From the NCBI GenBank assembly GCA_963693365.1, contig CAVNZM010000011.1, positions 4,224,639 through 4,288,638 on the forward strand: a DNA stretch of 64,000 nt. The letters run 5' to 3'. Each line of letters begins with the position of its first letter. Within the stretch, counting starts at the first letter, position 1. Shown here one piece after another: positions 50,859 through 64,000 of the stretch. Below the pieces are notes generated by a model. The model was not told where the DNA came from. It did no database searches and was given only the letters and a program-made list of their open reading frames with translations. The position numbers were made by a program, and so were the translations under genes. This stretch comes from Amoebidium appalachense (lineage: Eukaryota > Protista > Ichthyosporea).

Positions 50859-51707
50859 AGAGGGAGAAAAGGGGGGGGGACGGTGGGGAGGGGAGGGAGG
50901 GAGTGAAGATTGTTGACGAGCTACACATACCAACACCAACGCACTCAGTAGTGAAAAAAAAGGCGGGGTGGTGAGGATAAGCGAGTGTGGGCAGGGTTAA
51001 TGGGAATAAAGGGACGCAAGCATAACTGTGTGTGACGACTTACCCATCTGGTTGCCAGGCATATTCCCAGGACCCCACAGGTTGCCAACAAACTGCAGGC
51101 CAAGCCCATCAATCATTAGTTGCATTGAATAGCCTTTTTTGTCCAGCAAAAGCCTTACAAGTTACAACACTCTGACATGATTATGAGCAGGTGTCATTAT
51201 GGGCAGACCAATAGTGGCTTGGGGGACCACCCATGCCATCATTGGGAACAATGGTTTGAAAGGAATAAATATACGTACGCTATACTACCAAGTACAAAGA
51301 TTCACAAACCGAAAAAATAATGCGGATACACAAAAACGGCCACGCGAAGAGCATGTACTATCACTGCCCCATTGGTAGAAGGGGTGGGCGGGGAGGGGGG
51401 GGAGTTGTACCTGAGGTCTTCCCATAGGCCGAGGGAGAGGGTTTGGCATAAAGGGCTGGCCCATCCTCATGGATCCCTGCATGCACATATATCAGATAGG
51501 TCATACATTACAAACTGGCTCCCACTTCAACCCCCCCAAAAAGGGGGGGGGGGGAATGCGGAACACGGTACGAAGTACGCATACACGATGAGAAGCATGT
51601 TGCAGGACACATGCAAAGGCAAAAACATTCAAGTATGCAATATCAGCAATGCGCACAGTATGCGTCACAAGCAGAGCCCATCCTCGGGGAGGGCCCAAGG
51701 GGGGAGG

Positions 51708-51747
<40 letters not shown>

Positions 51748-52240
51748 GGAAAGAAGGAAGTGAAAGGATGGGAGAACAAAAATAAGAGGGGGGGGGGGGG
51801 GGGGGGGGGGGGAGGAGAAAGGAGGAAAGGAAAGAACACAGATTGGGGAACCAAAAAAAAAAAAAAAAGAAGGGGGAGGGGGAAGGGTTCAGAATATGGT
51901 AAGTAGTACGTAGTACAAATATAAAACAATAGGACATAAGGATATAGGGGAGGGGCAGGGGGGGAGAAAGGGGGGGGGGGGGAGGGGGGGGGCGGAGGAC
52001 GCAGTATGCAACAAAGGTACAGTATACCCTCGGGGGAGGGGCAGGGGGGGGGGGGGGGGGGGGGGTATGATTAAGTTATGGCTTACGAAGGGCACATTCA
52101 CGTCGACATCACATTGCGGATTTTGTAAAGCACACACACAAAGAACGCATCATAAGCAGGGCCCATCCTCAGGGGGCGCCTAAGTCAAACTGAGGAGCGA
52201 GCAAAGCTCATTTACGCGTGTGTATTGGTGTGTGTTGGGA

Positions 52241-52288
<48 letters not shown>

Positions 52289-52637
52289 GATGTATGCGTT
52301 AGGGTGGGGGGTTGGGGGGTATGCATCAGAGGGTTGGATATACGGAGGAGGAGACACCAAAAGACAAACCATAACAAATCACAAAATTAAATCACCCGAA
52401 ATCAAACACTGGGGGGGGGGGGGGGGGGGGGAGGGGAAGAAGAAGAGCAGACAGAAGAATTAAGGGGGGAGGGGGGGAGGGATTACGTCTTGCACAAGTC
52501 CAGGTCGGCCGCCCAGTAGTGGCATCTCTGCAAAGCAAAATAGTCTTAACACAGTGCACCGAGCACATCAGGCATAACAATTTAGATACCAGCCATCTAT
52601 TCGGCGCCACTTTTCAAAAGCACTTTCGACCCCTCTT

Positions 52638-52681
<44 letters not shown>

Positions 52682-54245
52682 ACTACGCTGAGAAAAACAT
52701 AGCATTGCATCTTACATGTAGGTTTATACGGTCTTACATGAACACACGGGGTTTGCACTGTTCACTCGAGGCACAGATACGAGTCTCGAGTATGATGGGT
52801 GGCTTTCTCAGTAAAATGCCGCAAAAAGGATGCCCTGAGGCTCGATTCCGATTCCGAACGATCGTCGACTGAAAGTAAGGTTGTGGTATCGATCCGATGT
52901 GCCACATCGGAATTTGCGCAAACATCGAAAATATGGGGTTGAGATCTCGATCACCTGGTTAGGATCGAACTCACGACCTTAGGATTATGAGACCTACGCG
53001 CTACCTACTACGTTACCAGGACGATTCAGCATTTCCGATATGTACATATTTGCGCCATGTGCATTTGCGTAGAGGCCAAGGGTACCAAAACAGGGACCAA
53101 ACAGTCTTATGCACCACCTTGCGCAACAACAACCAGGCAGTATCGAAACATGGCACGTAAACGGCACAAGCCCGGGGAAAAAAAAGAAAAGAGAAAAGAG
53201 AGAAAAACTACAAGACAATACAAAACGCTGAGTCGACGAAAACCTGCTAAAAAATCCCCATAGTTCCATTGTCTCTATCACCACACACACTCAGCCATTC
53301 ATCATCTAATTAAGTGCCTTCCAGCCGCCCCTCCCCCTCCTCCCCCCCCCCCCCCCTCCCCCCTCCCCCCTCTTCTTCCCTTCTCTTCCAGAAGCCCCGC
53401 CAGACCTGGCCTTCTTGCCCCATTTCTGCCACGAATATATCTCTATTCCTTCAGTTCCAGAAATCAAATGAGTGGGTGGTGGAGTGTGTGTGTGTGTGTG
53501 TGTCTCTGTGGGGAAGTGCGTGGAGAGGGAGGGGGTTCGGGTGGTGACATGCATCCTGAGCACTTGAGCTCGAATGCATGCTTCTCTTCCATAGGAAGGA
53601 GGGGTCATGGGGGGCTTTATTGTTGTTGTTGTGGTGGTGGTGGTGGTGGTGGGGAGAGGGGGGGGGGGAGGGGGGGGGATAAAAATAATAAATGCGGCCC
53701 AAAGCATGAAGTACCGATCCACAGTGCAGATTATGCAAAAAGGAGCACAGGAGTGTGCATCATATGTAGAGCCCATCCTCCGCGGGGAACGGGGAGGGCA
53801 CCCGGGGGGGGGGGGGGGGGGGGGGGGGGGATGACCATAGCAGTGGGGTGTGTGGGGGGGGGAAGGTGGGGGAGGATGACCATAGCAGTGGGGTGTGTGG
53901 GGGGGGAGGGGGGGGGGGGGGGGGGCCTTACGGCCTGGCGGGAGGAATCCAGGGCGCTGAAAGATTGGTGGGCGATTGCGGTTGAAGGGGATGGGCAGGT
54001 TGAGGCCAGGCCCACGAGGCCCATGCAGAAGACCGGGGGGTCTGTGGAAATTACCGTCAGAAAAAAGAGAGGGGATACCGTGTCTGGGGGGGGGGGGGGG
54101 TCTATGGAACTTAGAGTGAAACAACCGAAAAAGGAATGCTGTTGATGGAAAGCAGAAGACATAACTTGACCCATGTATTGCTCAAGCGCAAATGAAAAGG
54201 AGACGGAGGTCCCTCGGGACCGGGGGCGCCCCGGGGGGGGGGAGG

Positions 54246-54289
<44 letters not shown>

Positions 54290-54463
54290 GAACGTGTCAT
54301 AGATGAAGGTTTCCCAAGGTGCAAACAGGGCCCTCTTGCCTTCGATCCTTCATATTTAAGACCATCCAAAAATGTGCAACTAAACTGCGGGTTCTAAGGT
54401 GTATAACCAAAATGAGGTCGACAAAAGGTGTTAATCTTTTTTCTTTCTTTTTTTTTCTTTTTT

Positions 54464-54498
<35 letters not shown>

Positions 54499-54522
54499 GA
54501 GGGGAGGGGGGGAGGGGGGATC

Positions 54523-54615
<93 letters not shown>

Positions 54616-54665
54616 CACATGTGCACCCATGTTTGCGTGTGCATGTGCCTGTGTGTGCACGTGTA

Positions 54666-54696
<31 letters not shown>

Positions 54697-56027
54697 TCAA
54701 TACCTCGGGGCACCTGTCGAAGGTTGACTGGTTGCAGTGGGGCTACTCGTTCTGTATGGGACAAAGAGTGTCAGATGGTGCTGTCTAATGTATGTAGGTA
54801 AAAACAATACACACAGCAATCGTCTCTGCATGTACGTGTGCATGTTGCAGATGTGTGCCTTTTTGGTTAAAGACACGGGCATGGATGTGTTCCCAAAAGC
54901 TGGGGGAGGGGGGGGGGGGGGGAGGGGGGGGGAGAAGGGGGAATGTTTGGAAGAGCCCAAAAAAAGGGAAACAAAAGAGCAAACGAAGTAAGAAGGTCCT
55001 GGGGTAGAGTTGTCATGGCCTTTTAAATGCCGCAAGATACTGCATATGATTGTGTTATGGTGCCGGGTGTATGCGCGCATCTCTGCCTGTGTGTGTCCAT
55101 GTGCGTGTTTTTCCGCATGTGTGCATGTGTGTGTGCATGCTAGCAGTCAGACGTGTGCATGCTAGCAACCAGACAGGAAGGGGGAAAGAAAGGGGGGGGG
55201 GGGGGGGGGGAGGGGGGGAGGCGGAGGAAAGGAGGAGGGGGAGGGGGAGCGGGTGGGCGCGGCGGAGGAGGAGGGGGAGGAGGAAGGAGGGGGAGGAGGA
55301 GGGAGGAGGGAGGAGGGGGAGGAGGAAGGGGAAGGAGAGGAGGGGAGGGGGGGGGGGGGGTGGAATGCGCCATAAAATACGAAGCACACATTCACAACGG
55401 ACAACGCAGGAGGGGGGGGGGGGGGGGGGTTATACTTTTGTTTAGAGCCCCTCCTGCGATTACCACCCCAGTCGTCATCCTCATCATCACTGTGGCCATA
55501 CCCAACCCTGTGCATAAAATGTGTGTGTGAGGAGTATGGTAAACGGGTGGTTTTGTAGAAGTAGACTATGCTTGTGTTTGCTTGTACAATGGCCTATACC
55601 GGGAAACAAAACAGATGTGTATTCAGGCACTTGTAGTGCAGAGAAACGGGCTGTATCAACAAGATACGATTCTTGGTCCCTAAAACATGTGTACTCCCAC
55701 CTTCCCAAACGAACCCAAAAAGAGAAGGGGGGACATGATTGTTATAAGTAAACACTTTTGGTGATCCCACGTATATAATGCCTCTGGCAAAGTGCACAAA
55801 AAGACAAGAAAGAGTGGGCGTATTCAGGTTCTTATTAGTAGCAGAATTGCAAAAATGGGCTGAGGGAGATGCGGGGGGGGGGGGGGAGGGGGGGGGGGGG
55901 GGCCAAAAACGCCTCGTAATGTTGGCAGTAGGGGGGAGGGGAGGGGTTGGGGTATTACACACGCAGACAGGCAGGCAGGCAGGCAGATGCATGGGGTAGG
56001 GACAGGGTAAGGGGGGGAGCGTCTGCA

Positions 56028-56058
<31 letters not shown>

Positions 56059-57126
56059 TGAATGGAAGCACACAAAGCGGGATGCACGGGAATGAAGGTG
56101 GGGAGGGGGAGGGGAGGGGGGATAAAGAGAGGGGGAGAGAACACGCACTTGCTTTCGTCATCCACATGGTCCTTCTCATCCTCCTTCTCCTTCTCCTCCT
56201 GTCCCTCCCCTTTACTCTCTTCCTGCCCCTCGCCCGATACACCACCCGATGCACCCTCGCCACCCTTCCCCTCCCCCTCCCCCTCCCCTGTGGGTTGAGT
56301 TTCGACGTGTTTCGTGTTGTTTTCGTTTTCCTCTGTGGCGTGATCGAGGTCGTTTGTAGCGTCGTGTTGCGCTGTGTCAGTCTGTGCATCCATAAACGAG
56401 TCCTGTTCGTCATATGCGCCGTAGTCGAGGTCTGCATCCCCGTCATATCCGTAATCCGTGTCTGTTTTGCGTGTTTAAAGCACCTGTTAGTATGTTTTCA
56501 CCGCTTTGGCTATTTGTTTGGATATTTTCTTTACGTCCAATCACTTGCTAGTGTGTTTCTCCAATAGGAACCTATTCAGGAATTTCCATTTTTTACCCCA
56601 TGCACCTGTACATGTCAGAGCTCCATAAAATCAATAATGAAAATCGAGGTATGAAATGTAGGTTGACCTGAGGTCCCCAATCCAACCGTACCAATGCTAA
56701 GTTGATGGTATCCCCTCCACTACAAATACTTGCTTCATAAAAATAAATTTTGGTAACTGCAAATCGTCAAACCAGGGAGCTGGGATTGGAAATTATGGAC
56801 GGAAGAGAAGACCAGAGGGGAGAGGGCCCGGAGTGGGGAAGAGCGGGGGGGGAGGGGGGGGGGGGGAGGGGGGGAGGGGGGGGAGGGGGGACATGCAGTA
56901 AAGCGAAACCAGCAGGCGATAACTCAAACACACCTTCATAGTTGGTCTGATCAAGCGTACTGGAATCAAACTCCCCATAGTTCCCGTCGACATCAAAAGA
57001 ATCATTGTTCAGATCATCATCCCCAAAAACGTCCCCACCATCCAATTTAAACGTGGCATCCAACTCATCATCGTGTTTTTCGATCCCAAAGTCATCCAAC
57101 CCGTCGTTGTCGTTCTCAAAACTCAT
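44291..57126 (-). CDS. RBM33: RBM33-like RNA-binding protein: acidic N-terminus, long G/P/M/N-rich low-complexity region, C-terminal RRM
   Basis: Exons approx 56934-57126 ([13 protein letters not shown]..), 56149-56461, ~55436-55507, ~54704-54751, ~53931-54039, ~52487-52527, ~51410-51475, ~51044-51092, ~49225-49846, 48221-48290, ~47488-47542, ~47032-47077 (TVHVNPRF, like RBM33 IHINPHF), ~46054-46532, ~45228-45471, ~44601-44691, 44291-~44340. The C-terminus [47 protein letters not shown] matches the RBM33 RRM from memory. One junction (48221 to 47542) needs an unseen small exon. Confidence 0.75.
46270..46500 (-). repeat. Coding 27-bp tandem repeat, ~7 x GPGPMMG(G/S)G
   Basis: The minus-strand translation shows repeated [18 protein letters not shown] with synonymous variation between units. 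Confidence 0.9.
50281..50564 (-). mobile_element. Poly-C-associated structured retroelement, long copy B (subfamily alpha)
   Basis: Near-identical 3' part at 22777-22925, 50733-50825, 51553-51698 and 63448-63628. The 3' end abuts a G run (C on the element strand). Confidence 0.88.
50733..50825 (-). mobile_element. 5'-truncated copy, subfamily alpha
   Basis: Matches 50281-50374 and is flanked by G runs on both sides. Confidence 0.88.
51553..51698 (-). mobile_element. 5'-truncated copy, subfamily alpha
   Basis: Matches 50285-50427 with a few substitutions; embedded in poly-G. Confidence 0.88.
52951..53022 (-). pseudogene. Degenerate tRNA-Met(CAT), inside an RBM33-like intron
   Basis: GTCCTGG-TA-ACGT-AGTAGGTA-GCGC-G-TAGGT-CTCATAA-TCCTA-AGGTC-GTGAG-TTCGATC-CTAAC-CAGGTGA has the elongator Met layout, but the D-stem, T-stem and acceptor stem carry mismatches. 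Confidence 0.75.
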
Positions 57127-58354
57127 CTTGGCGGTTGGCGGAGGCCGGAAATGACGCTCGCTCCGCTATAGTATTACTGCAGTGTTGTTTCCGTTCATGT
57201 TTTACTTATGATATCCCTAAAACCACAGCTAAAACTCAAGATATATATATAAAGTGTTAAGAATGAACCATGGTTCATATTGATGTTCATATTATAGCAG
57301 GGGGGATGCATATAGAAGAGCTGGTGGGGGGGCATGCACAGATGTATATTTTTTGACATTATAGAACACAACGATAGACGTATCCAGTCCATGCACCAAC
57401 ACATGACCCACTACATGCTTGCCAATCCACCCATCCATTCATTTCTCTGTCCCTCTTTTCTCTTTTCTTTCTGTTTTCTTTTTTTGCTGCATCCACATCA
57501 TATATGGTCAAAATACAACCCCCAGCCCATATATCCAATTAATAATAAGGCAAGAACGAAACGCCTACAACACCAATCTAAACAGGCACCATGAAACTCC
57601 TAACACAACGAAAAGACCATTGATCTACAACTTGGTCGTAAGCCCCAACCCCAATATTTTTCATTTTTTCTTCAACAAAAGCGGCGAATACCCCCAATAT
57701 TTTTCGTTTTTTCTTCAACAAAAGCGATGAATATAGGTGTGCATACTGGAGATTGATATAACTAGCTTGCACTACACATTGACACCATCACCAAATTTCT
57801 CCCTACATACAGCAGCACGCCATACATGCTTCCAGAAAGCCACAGTAAGGCTAACTGAACTAACTTTCGGGAAAATACTCAGCGTCAAAACGAATTTTTT
57901 GGACACTTGCCCACTGAGAGATAGCAAACAAAAACCTCACATAAAGTCTAAGTAACCCCACTAAACTTTATTCTAAGCCCAACTACTAGCTTGCCAGCTT
58001 TATGCATGGATTGGTTTGCAAAACACCAGGAGAAAGTCTGCACGGGCTTCTGATTTCCGGCCATTTTAGGAACAGTATCTCCGTAGTTTCTATGTTGTCT
58101 ACACAGCGGAGGCAAAGCTCGCCGACGTGTGTGGCACAACGGTTTGTGTGTACGCAAGCCTCTCATAACCCAAACAGCCAACAAAAAACCTGAGCCCCTC
58201 CTGAGCCCGTGTATATTTATGTGTGACAGAAAAGAAAGGGGATGGGGAGACGGAAGAATACGGACGAGGAAATCGAGGTGTGTGTGTGGGTATATGTGTA
58301 TATATATACCTCTAAATAAGTAAGTGGGGGGAGAGAGAGGGAGAGGGAGAGACT

Positions 58355-58430
<76 letters not shown>

Positions 58431-58439
58431 TGTGTGCGT

Positions 58440-58485
<46 letters not shown>

Positions 58486-59253
58486 CTGTGTCTGTGCGTT
58501 TATGTAAGGTTCTGCTCCTCTGTGTGTGTGTCGGGGGGTATGGTGCTAAAAAGCCGTGTAGTATGTTGCCTGGAGCCAAAAAACCTTTCAACACCACGTA
58601 TATCTCTAAAACCTCAGGCTACCAGCACTAGAGACCCAACATGAAGCCAAACACACACGAATAGCAACTACTCACGTTAAACAGCCCTTTTCTATGGAGA
58701 TTTGAAGCGCAACCAAGCCGGGGCTCCTGTTGCCGTCCGCCGTTACACCGTCGGATGTAGAATCACCTATGCTGCTGTAGAACGTCCGTTGGCTCACACT
58801 TCCAAAGCACTCCGATCCACCGTGATTACTCAAAAGGGCATGGGTTGTTCAAGCGATGGTAAGCACCTGACTTTGCTTGTGGCTCACAGCACTGATCGTT
58901 TCAGAACTCCCATCATGCGATCTCTAACAACACTAAGAGAGTGCTAGGCCCCCAGGTGAACGAGCAGTAATCAGCCTGTCAAAAAATGTAACGAAATATG
59001 TTTGTTGAAAAGGTTCACATGTCCATAAAGACACGATTAGTAACCTGTTTGCAATGCTAAAACGTACGTCTCTGCAGCCTAGAATAAAAACAATTGCACT
59101 GCACAGCTGACGTTCTGACTTCACTGCTTGGGAAGTTGGTGAGCCTTGCGTCACGAACCTTTGAATCTACAAATCGGGTACCGACCCGAATCGAAAACAA
59201 TCTAAATCTAAAAGCTACCATACAGATACAAACGCATTATCACATTAATATAA

Positions 59254-59299
59254 TGACGTCACCAGTAGTGTAGACTACACTCGACGTGTCGTGACGTCA
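59254..59299. promoter_or_regulatory. Two palindromic CRE/bZIP sites upstream of the SSR3-like gene
   Basis: TGACGTCA at 59254-59261 and 59292-59299, plus GACGTG at 59283, 230-280 bp upstream of the ATG. Confidence 0.55.
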
Positions 59300-59530
59300 G
59301 AAAAACAACGGTTACAGCTGCATCCCAGTTTACACCACTCGGCTGTTGTCACGGGCTTGCGCAAGTGAGCGACAAAGTTATTTCTGGTTGCCAAGGCCGG
59401 CAGCATCTTCCCTCCCCGCCCGCCATTTTACCGTCACTCCCTCTTTCCTCTTTTTTTATTTTTTTACGGTTCCAGGCTTCTTTCCTTTGTTAGTTTACAT
59501 ATACCCCTTGGGGTCTTTTTATACGCAAAC

Positions 59531-60706
59531 ATGTCTGACTTCGACTCCGTTTCCGCACCGAAGAAGAGCGACAGCACCGCCGCAAACCTTGTACGTGGCC
59601 CCTTTGCTCTTATCTTGGTATTCACAGGATCCTCATGTAGATGGTGATTTTTTCAAGGTTTTTTTTCGCTACTCTTTCTTGACAGTTCACCAATATGAGC
59701 TAAACGCATTTCTTGTTTAGGGCTTACACCACTTCGGTGTGTTTGCTCTTGTTTCTTTGTGCGGGTAGTTTTTAGCAGAAAGCAAGGCGAAGTGCATGTG
59801 AACAGAACAGCCTCATATGATCACTACGAGAGTTTGGCCGGAAGGGGGCTTTTTGGGTTTAATATAGATGCCAAGACCACCACATTGCCCTCCGCCTACG
59901 CCTCGGGTGGTGCTCCTTCCTCACGCGCGTGCACACACAGTCACACACCCAGAGAGGCACACACACACATACACACACACAGACACACAGACACACACAC
60001 ACACAGACACCTCGTGCATGAATGCACGCACTTGCCCTTGCAAACACGAGTTGTGGTAGTTGCTCACATGCAGATTGGTTGAAATTGGGCAGGTGTTTTT
60101 TAGCCACAGCTGACAGACACGCGTACAAAGGCAGTTTACCTTAACAAAGGTCATGCTTACACTTGCATAGGCAGGCACGCATGTGCACGCACACTCGCAC
60201 GGGTAGTCGTACTTATGTATAGACACACACAACAACATGTTGACACCAAGGATTGCAGACGAAAATATGTCAGCTCCCTCTCTGTATATCGTTGGTTTCA
60301 ACCGATTTGTTTTGCGTGGCTAACTGGTTACTACAGGGTGAGGAGAGGGAAGGGAACAGGGAGTAGTTTTATCACATTGAGTTCTCTGCTTTTTGTATTT
60401 CTAAACCCTACCATCTTGGTGGAAGACAGTATTGTTAGAAGGCAGGGGAAATTGTTTTATACTGGGATTCTTGCCTACACCTTAAACCCAAGGATTCCTC
60501 TACCACAATTGTTAAGGTCGTGTTCGTGGTCGATTCAGGGTATGCGGTTGAATCGATCTCTCTCTCTTCCCGTCCCTTCCCCCCTTCCCCCCTAGATATC
60601 AGTTTTTTGGTATGTTTTTTTTGCTTCTTCGCCTTCCTTGTCTCTCTACCCTCCCCACGCACATACACGGGGACCGCTCCCCCCTCCCCCTCCACACACA
60701 CACACG

Positions 60707-60737
<31 letters not shown>

Positions 60738-61416
60738 ATACACATACACCGTGCGAAGGCACACACTCTCTCTTCCCCCCCGCCCCCCTCCCGCCCCCCC
60801 CCCCCCCCCCCCCCCCAACGCCCTCTTCCCCGTCCCTCATTTCATGCCCCACACCTATCTTCATACGGCTTTTGGGGGCTAGTCTCAGATGTTTCAGCCT
60901 GTTTGTAGACCGCGGAGCACGTTTTCTTAGTGTTCATGCACACTTATTTTGTATTGTGTAGATTTACGTTTAGAGCCTGGGTACATAAGGGGAGGCATAT
61001 TGTCTTCCTCGGTACTGCCTTGCTTCCGTGATAGACTGGACCTGTGTGTGTGGCCGATGTATACAGGTCTACCGGTTGCTTGGTACACATTTGTACAGTA
61101 GTAGTGGAGGGGACGGGGGGGGGAGGGGGGGGGGGGAGGGGTTTGCTGGCTGTACGTTTGAGTTGATCTGCATCATTATTTAACCCCGTGTTCATTTCTC
61201 ACCCACACTTAACCCATCTAGTTCTACGCGGTGGGCCTGGCTGGCCTGTACGGGTTCCTTCATGTCAAGGCCAAGGGCATCTACCTGGACACTACATCCA
61301 TTGTTGTTGCTGCCGTGTCCGTGTTGATCACCTTCTACGTGCTGTTCATTTCCTATGGCAAGCACATCGAGAACGTCAAGATTCAGGTGTGTGTGCTGGT
61401 GTTTGTGTGTGTGTGT

Positions 61417-61451
<35 letters not shown>

Positions 61452-61676
61452 GGTGTGTGTGCGTGCTTGTGCACGCGTGTTTGGGTGGGAGAGGGGGGGG
61501 GGGGGGGGGGGGACTGGATGATAAGGGAGGGCACGCTTGTGTGCGTGTGCGTGTGCGCGTGCGTGTGCGTGTGCTGGTGGGTTTGTTTGAGGGGATATTG
61601 GTTACGTGTGCCTTTCGTGTTAAAAGGTGTGTTTTTTTTTTTTTTTTTTTTTTTTTGTTTGTTTGTTTGTTTTGGT

Positions 61677-61707
<31 letters not shown>

Positions 61708-62197
61708 CTTTGTTTTTTTTTTTGTTTTTGTTTTTTTGTTTTGTTTTGTTTTTTTTTTTTTTTTTTTTTTTGGGGGGGGGGGGGGGGAGGGGATCTCCAT
61801 GCGCCAGTGGTGTTACCTCGGTTGTCTTATAAGTTGGTGGTTATGCGAGTTTTGGGTTCGAGGTGTTTTTCGCCTTTTTTTGTTTGTTTGTTTGTTTTTT
61901 GGTTTGTTTGTTTGTTTGTTTGTTTTGGGGGGGGAGGGGTTGATCGCCCTCATCCGCACACCCATCACCGCACCTCTCTCTTTCTCGGACTCTTTGCTTC
62001 TCACTATGCCTCCTTTTCTTTTCCCGCTTTGGTGTACATTCGTGTATGGGAGAGAAGGGGGCGGGGAGCCGGGGGGGGGGGGGGGGGGGGGATGGTAGGC
62101 CAAGGGCATGAAATGGTATGGATGTGTCCGTAAGCCCTTCAGTTGGATGTGTGTCGAAGCTCGGGGCCGTGGTGTGGTGGATCGTGCCCTTGGTGCA

Positions 62198-62293
<96 letters not shown>

Positions 62294-62917
62294 TGGGGGG
62301 GGGGGGGGGGGGGAATGGTGAGAGTAGAATAACAGCAGTAACGAAAATACCTTTGCTCCTGACTACCGGAGACCAGATAGGCAAATAGCAAACTCCCCTT
62401 CTCCCCCTCCTCCCCTCCCCCACGGGTGATTTGGGCTTGGGCTCCCCCCGCCCCCCCTGAGGGTGGGCATCAATGTTTTGTTCTTTATTTGTTCCCCTTG
62501 GCATATCTGCATTGCTCGGCCAGTTATGGGTTTGTGCTTTGCGCTGAGTTCCACATTCCACACATATAAACACACTGATATTTACACACATATTTGCTCA
62601 CAGGCTCGCTCACTCACTCACACTCACTCACTCGCACTTACACTGGCATGCACTCACTCAGTCACTCACTGACTCACTGACTCACGTACGCACACACACA
62701 CACACTCACACACAACACACATACACGTACACACACCCTCCCTCTCTCTCTTTTCCCTTTCATATTGCAGCTGTCTCTGGCGCAGCGGGGCAAGGGCAGC
62801 AAGCAGACTGGGGAGGACGAGGCAGCCATGCACGATGCTGCCGTCAGCATCAGCCACCTGTACCTCAACACCCTGTTCACTATGCTGAGCCTGGTCTTCA
62901 CCTTCTTCATGTTCAAG
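59531..62917 (+). CDS. SSR3: Translocon-associated protein subunit gamma-like (partial; continues beyond the window)
   Basis: Phase-0 exons 59531-59590 (MSDFDSVSAPKKSDSTAANL), 61222-61386 (two hydrophobic helices ..LITFYVLFISY), 62771-62917 (AAVSISHLYLNTLFTMLSLVFTFFMFK; compare human [27 protein letters not shown] from memory). Confidence 0.72.
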
Positions 62918-63447
62918 GTACCTTTTGGTGGGGGGGGGGAGGGGAGAGGGGGGGGGGGGGGGGCTTCAAAATCTTCATGTCCAAGGTAACACGATCTCTT
63001 TGGCGCCTTTTTTTTTGTATGTCTGTGTGAGGAGAGAGAGAATGAAATGTCTTTGGTTTGCATTTTGAATTTTTTCTCCGGTGTACCCCTCATAAGTTCA
63101 GGATGTGCCTAGACGCTTTGAATCTGTTGCTTTATAGTTTGGATATGCGCTCCTTCTTGCCGGGTGTTGGGTTAGCATCTTGGGGACATTGCGTTTTGCT
63201 CCTGCTCCGTCAGAGACCTGTATCATACTCCGTATCTTTCTCTCCCCTATTCCATTCCCTTTCCCTTTTCCCTCTGTCCCCTTCACTTCACTTCCCCCTC
63301 CCCCTTCCCCCCCCCCCCTCCCCCCCCGCCCCCGGGGGATAATGGGCTCTTCTTATTATGCATACTCTTTTTCCTTGGCACTTTGGCATTGTGTTGTCCA
63401 TCATGTGTGTACTTGGTGCTCTGTCATGCAGCCCCCCCCCTACCTCC

Positions 63448-63628
63448 GCGCGGGTTCAGGGGGCGAAACTCAGACGCAATTGATGACTTGGGCCCTCCCT
63501 GAGGATGGGCTCTGCTTTTGACGCAAACTATGCATGATTTTGCATACTTGAGTATTTACTTTTGCATGTGTCCTGCACCGTGCGTCTCGTCGTGTACATG
63601 TACTTCGTGCCGTGTTCCGCATTCAAAA
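63448..63628 (+). mobile_element. 5'-truncated copy, subfamily alpha, preceded by a decayed beta copy (~63335-63430)
   Basis: GCGAAACTCAGACGCAATTGATGACTTGGGCCCTCCCTGAGGATGGGCTCTGC...GCATTCAAAA followed by a C run. Confidence 0.85.
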
Positions 63629-63911
63629 CCCCTCCCCCCAACCCCCCCCCCCCCCCCCCCCCCCCCTCGCCCTGGCTTATGTGGTGCACAGACAAGTACT
63701 CATGCAAGCATACACCACGCAACCCCATCATCCAGGCGTGATTGCTCCAGTGCATAGCCGCAGTAGGGCTTGACTTTCAGCGTGTTTTGTCTTGCATATG
63801 GGCGTTAGTGTGTGTGTGTGTGTGCGTGTGTGTGTGTGTGTGTATGCGCGCGCACGCATGCGCATTTTGTAGCAAACTTTGTAAAAGAAGGTCATTTGAT
63901 TGTGGTAGTGA

Positions 63912-63943
<32 letters not shown>

Positions 63944-64000
63944 TGTGTTTGGGGGGGGGGGAGGGGAGGGGGGGGGGGGGGGGTTTAAATAACCGTAGCA

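Noticed and set aside
52639-53022. tRNA-Met-headed SINE
   Set aside because: The A-run is on the wrong strand to be its tail, and no second copy is in the window.

Overview
Eukaryotic, intron-rich DNA saturated with poly-C/poly-G, (CA)n/(GT)n and (CT)n tracts. Nearly all ORF-track entries are low-complexity artefacts. The gene content (RBM33-like, TRAP-gamma-like) suggests a unicellular holozoan such as an ichthyosporean; this is inference. Exon stitching by hand supports five protein genes: TELO2 (+, ~3309-21663), RPL17/uL22 (-, 23258-27412), a secreted Pro/Thr-rich EGF + H-type-lectin-like repeat protein (-, 30806-36797), an RBM33-like RRM protein (-, 44291-57126) and an SSR3/TRAP-gamma-like gene (+, from 59531, running off the window). 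Also present: an intact intronic tRNA-Ser(GCT), a degenerate tRNA-Met, an APE-RT non-LTR retrotransposon with intact ORF2 (-, 38993-~42780) lying tail-to-tail with a decayed relative, and about 11 copies of a dispersed, 5'-truncated element that ends at poly-C. Top leads: (1) that element carries a covarying RNA fold with a canonical kink-turn whose terminal loop can pseudoknot back to the junction, and it appears to target C/G homopolymers; (2) the LINE 3' end is complementary to the start of its own ORF2, just past an overlapping ORF1-stop/ORF2-start, suggesting a ~3.2-kb panhandle that controls translation or retrotransposition. All homology calls come from remembered motifs; no database searches were run.
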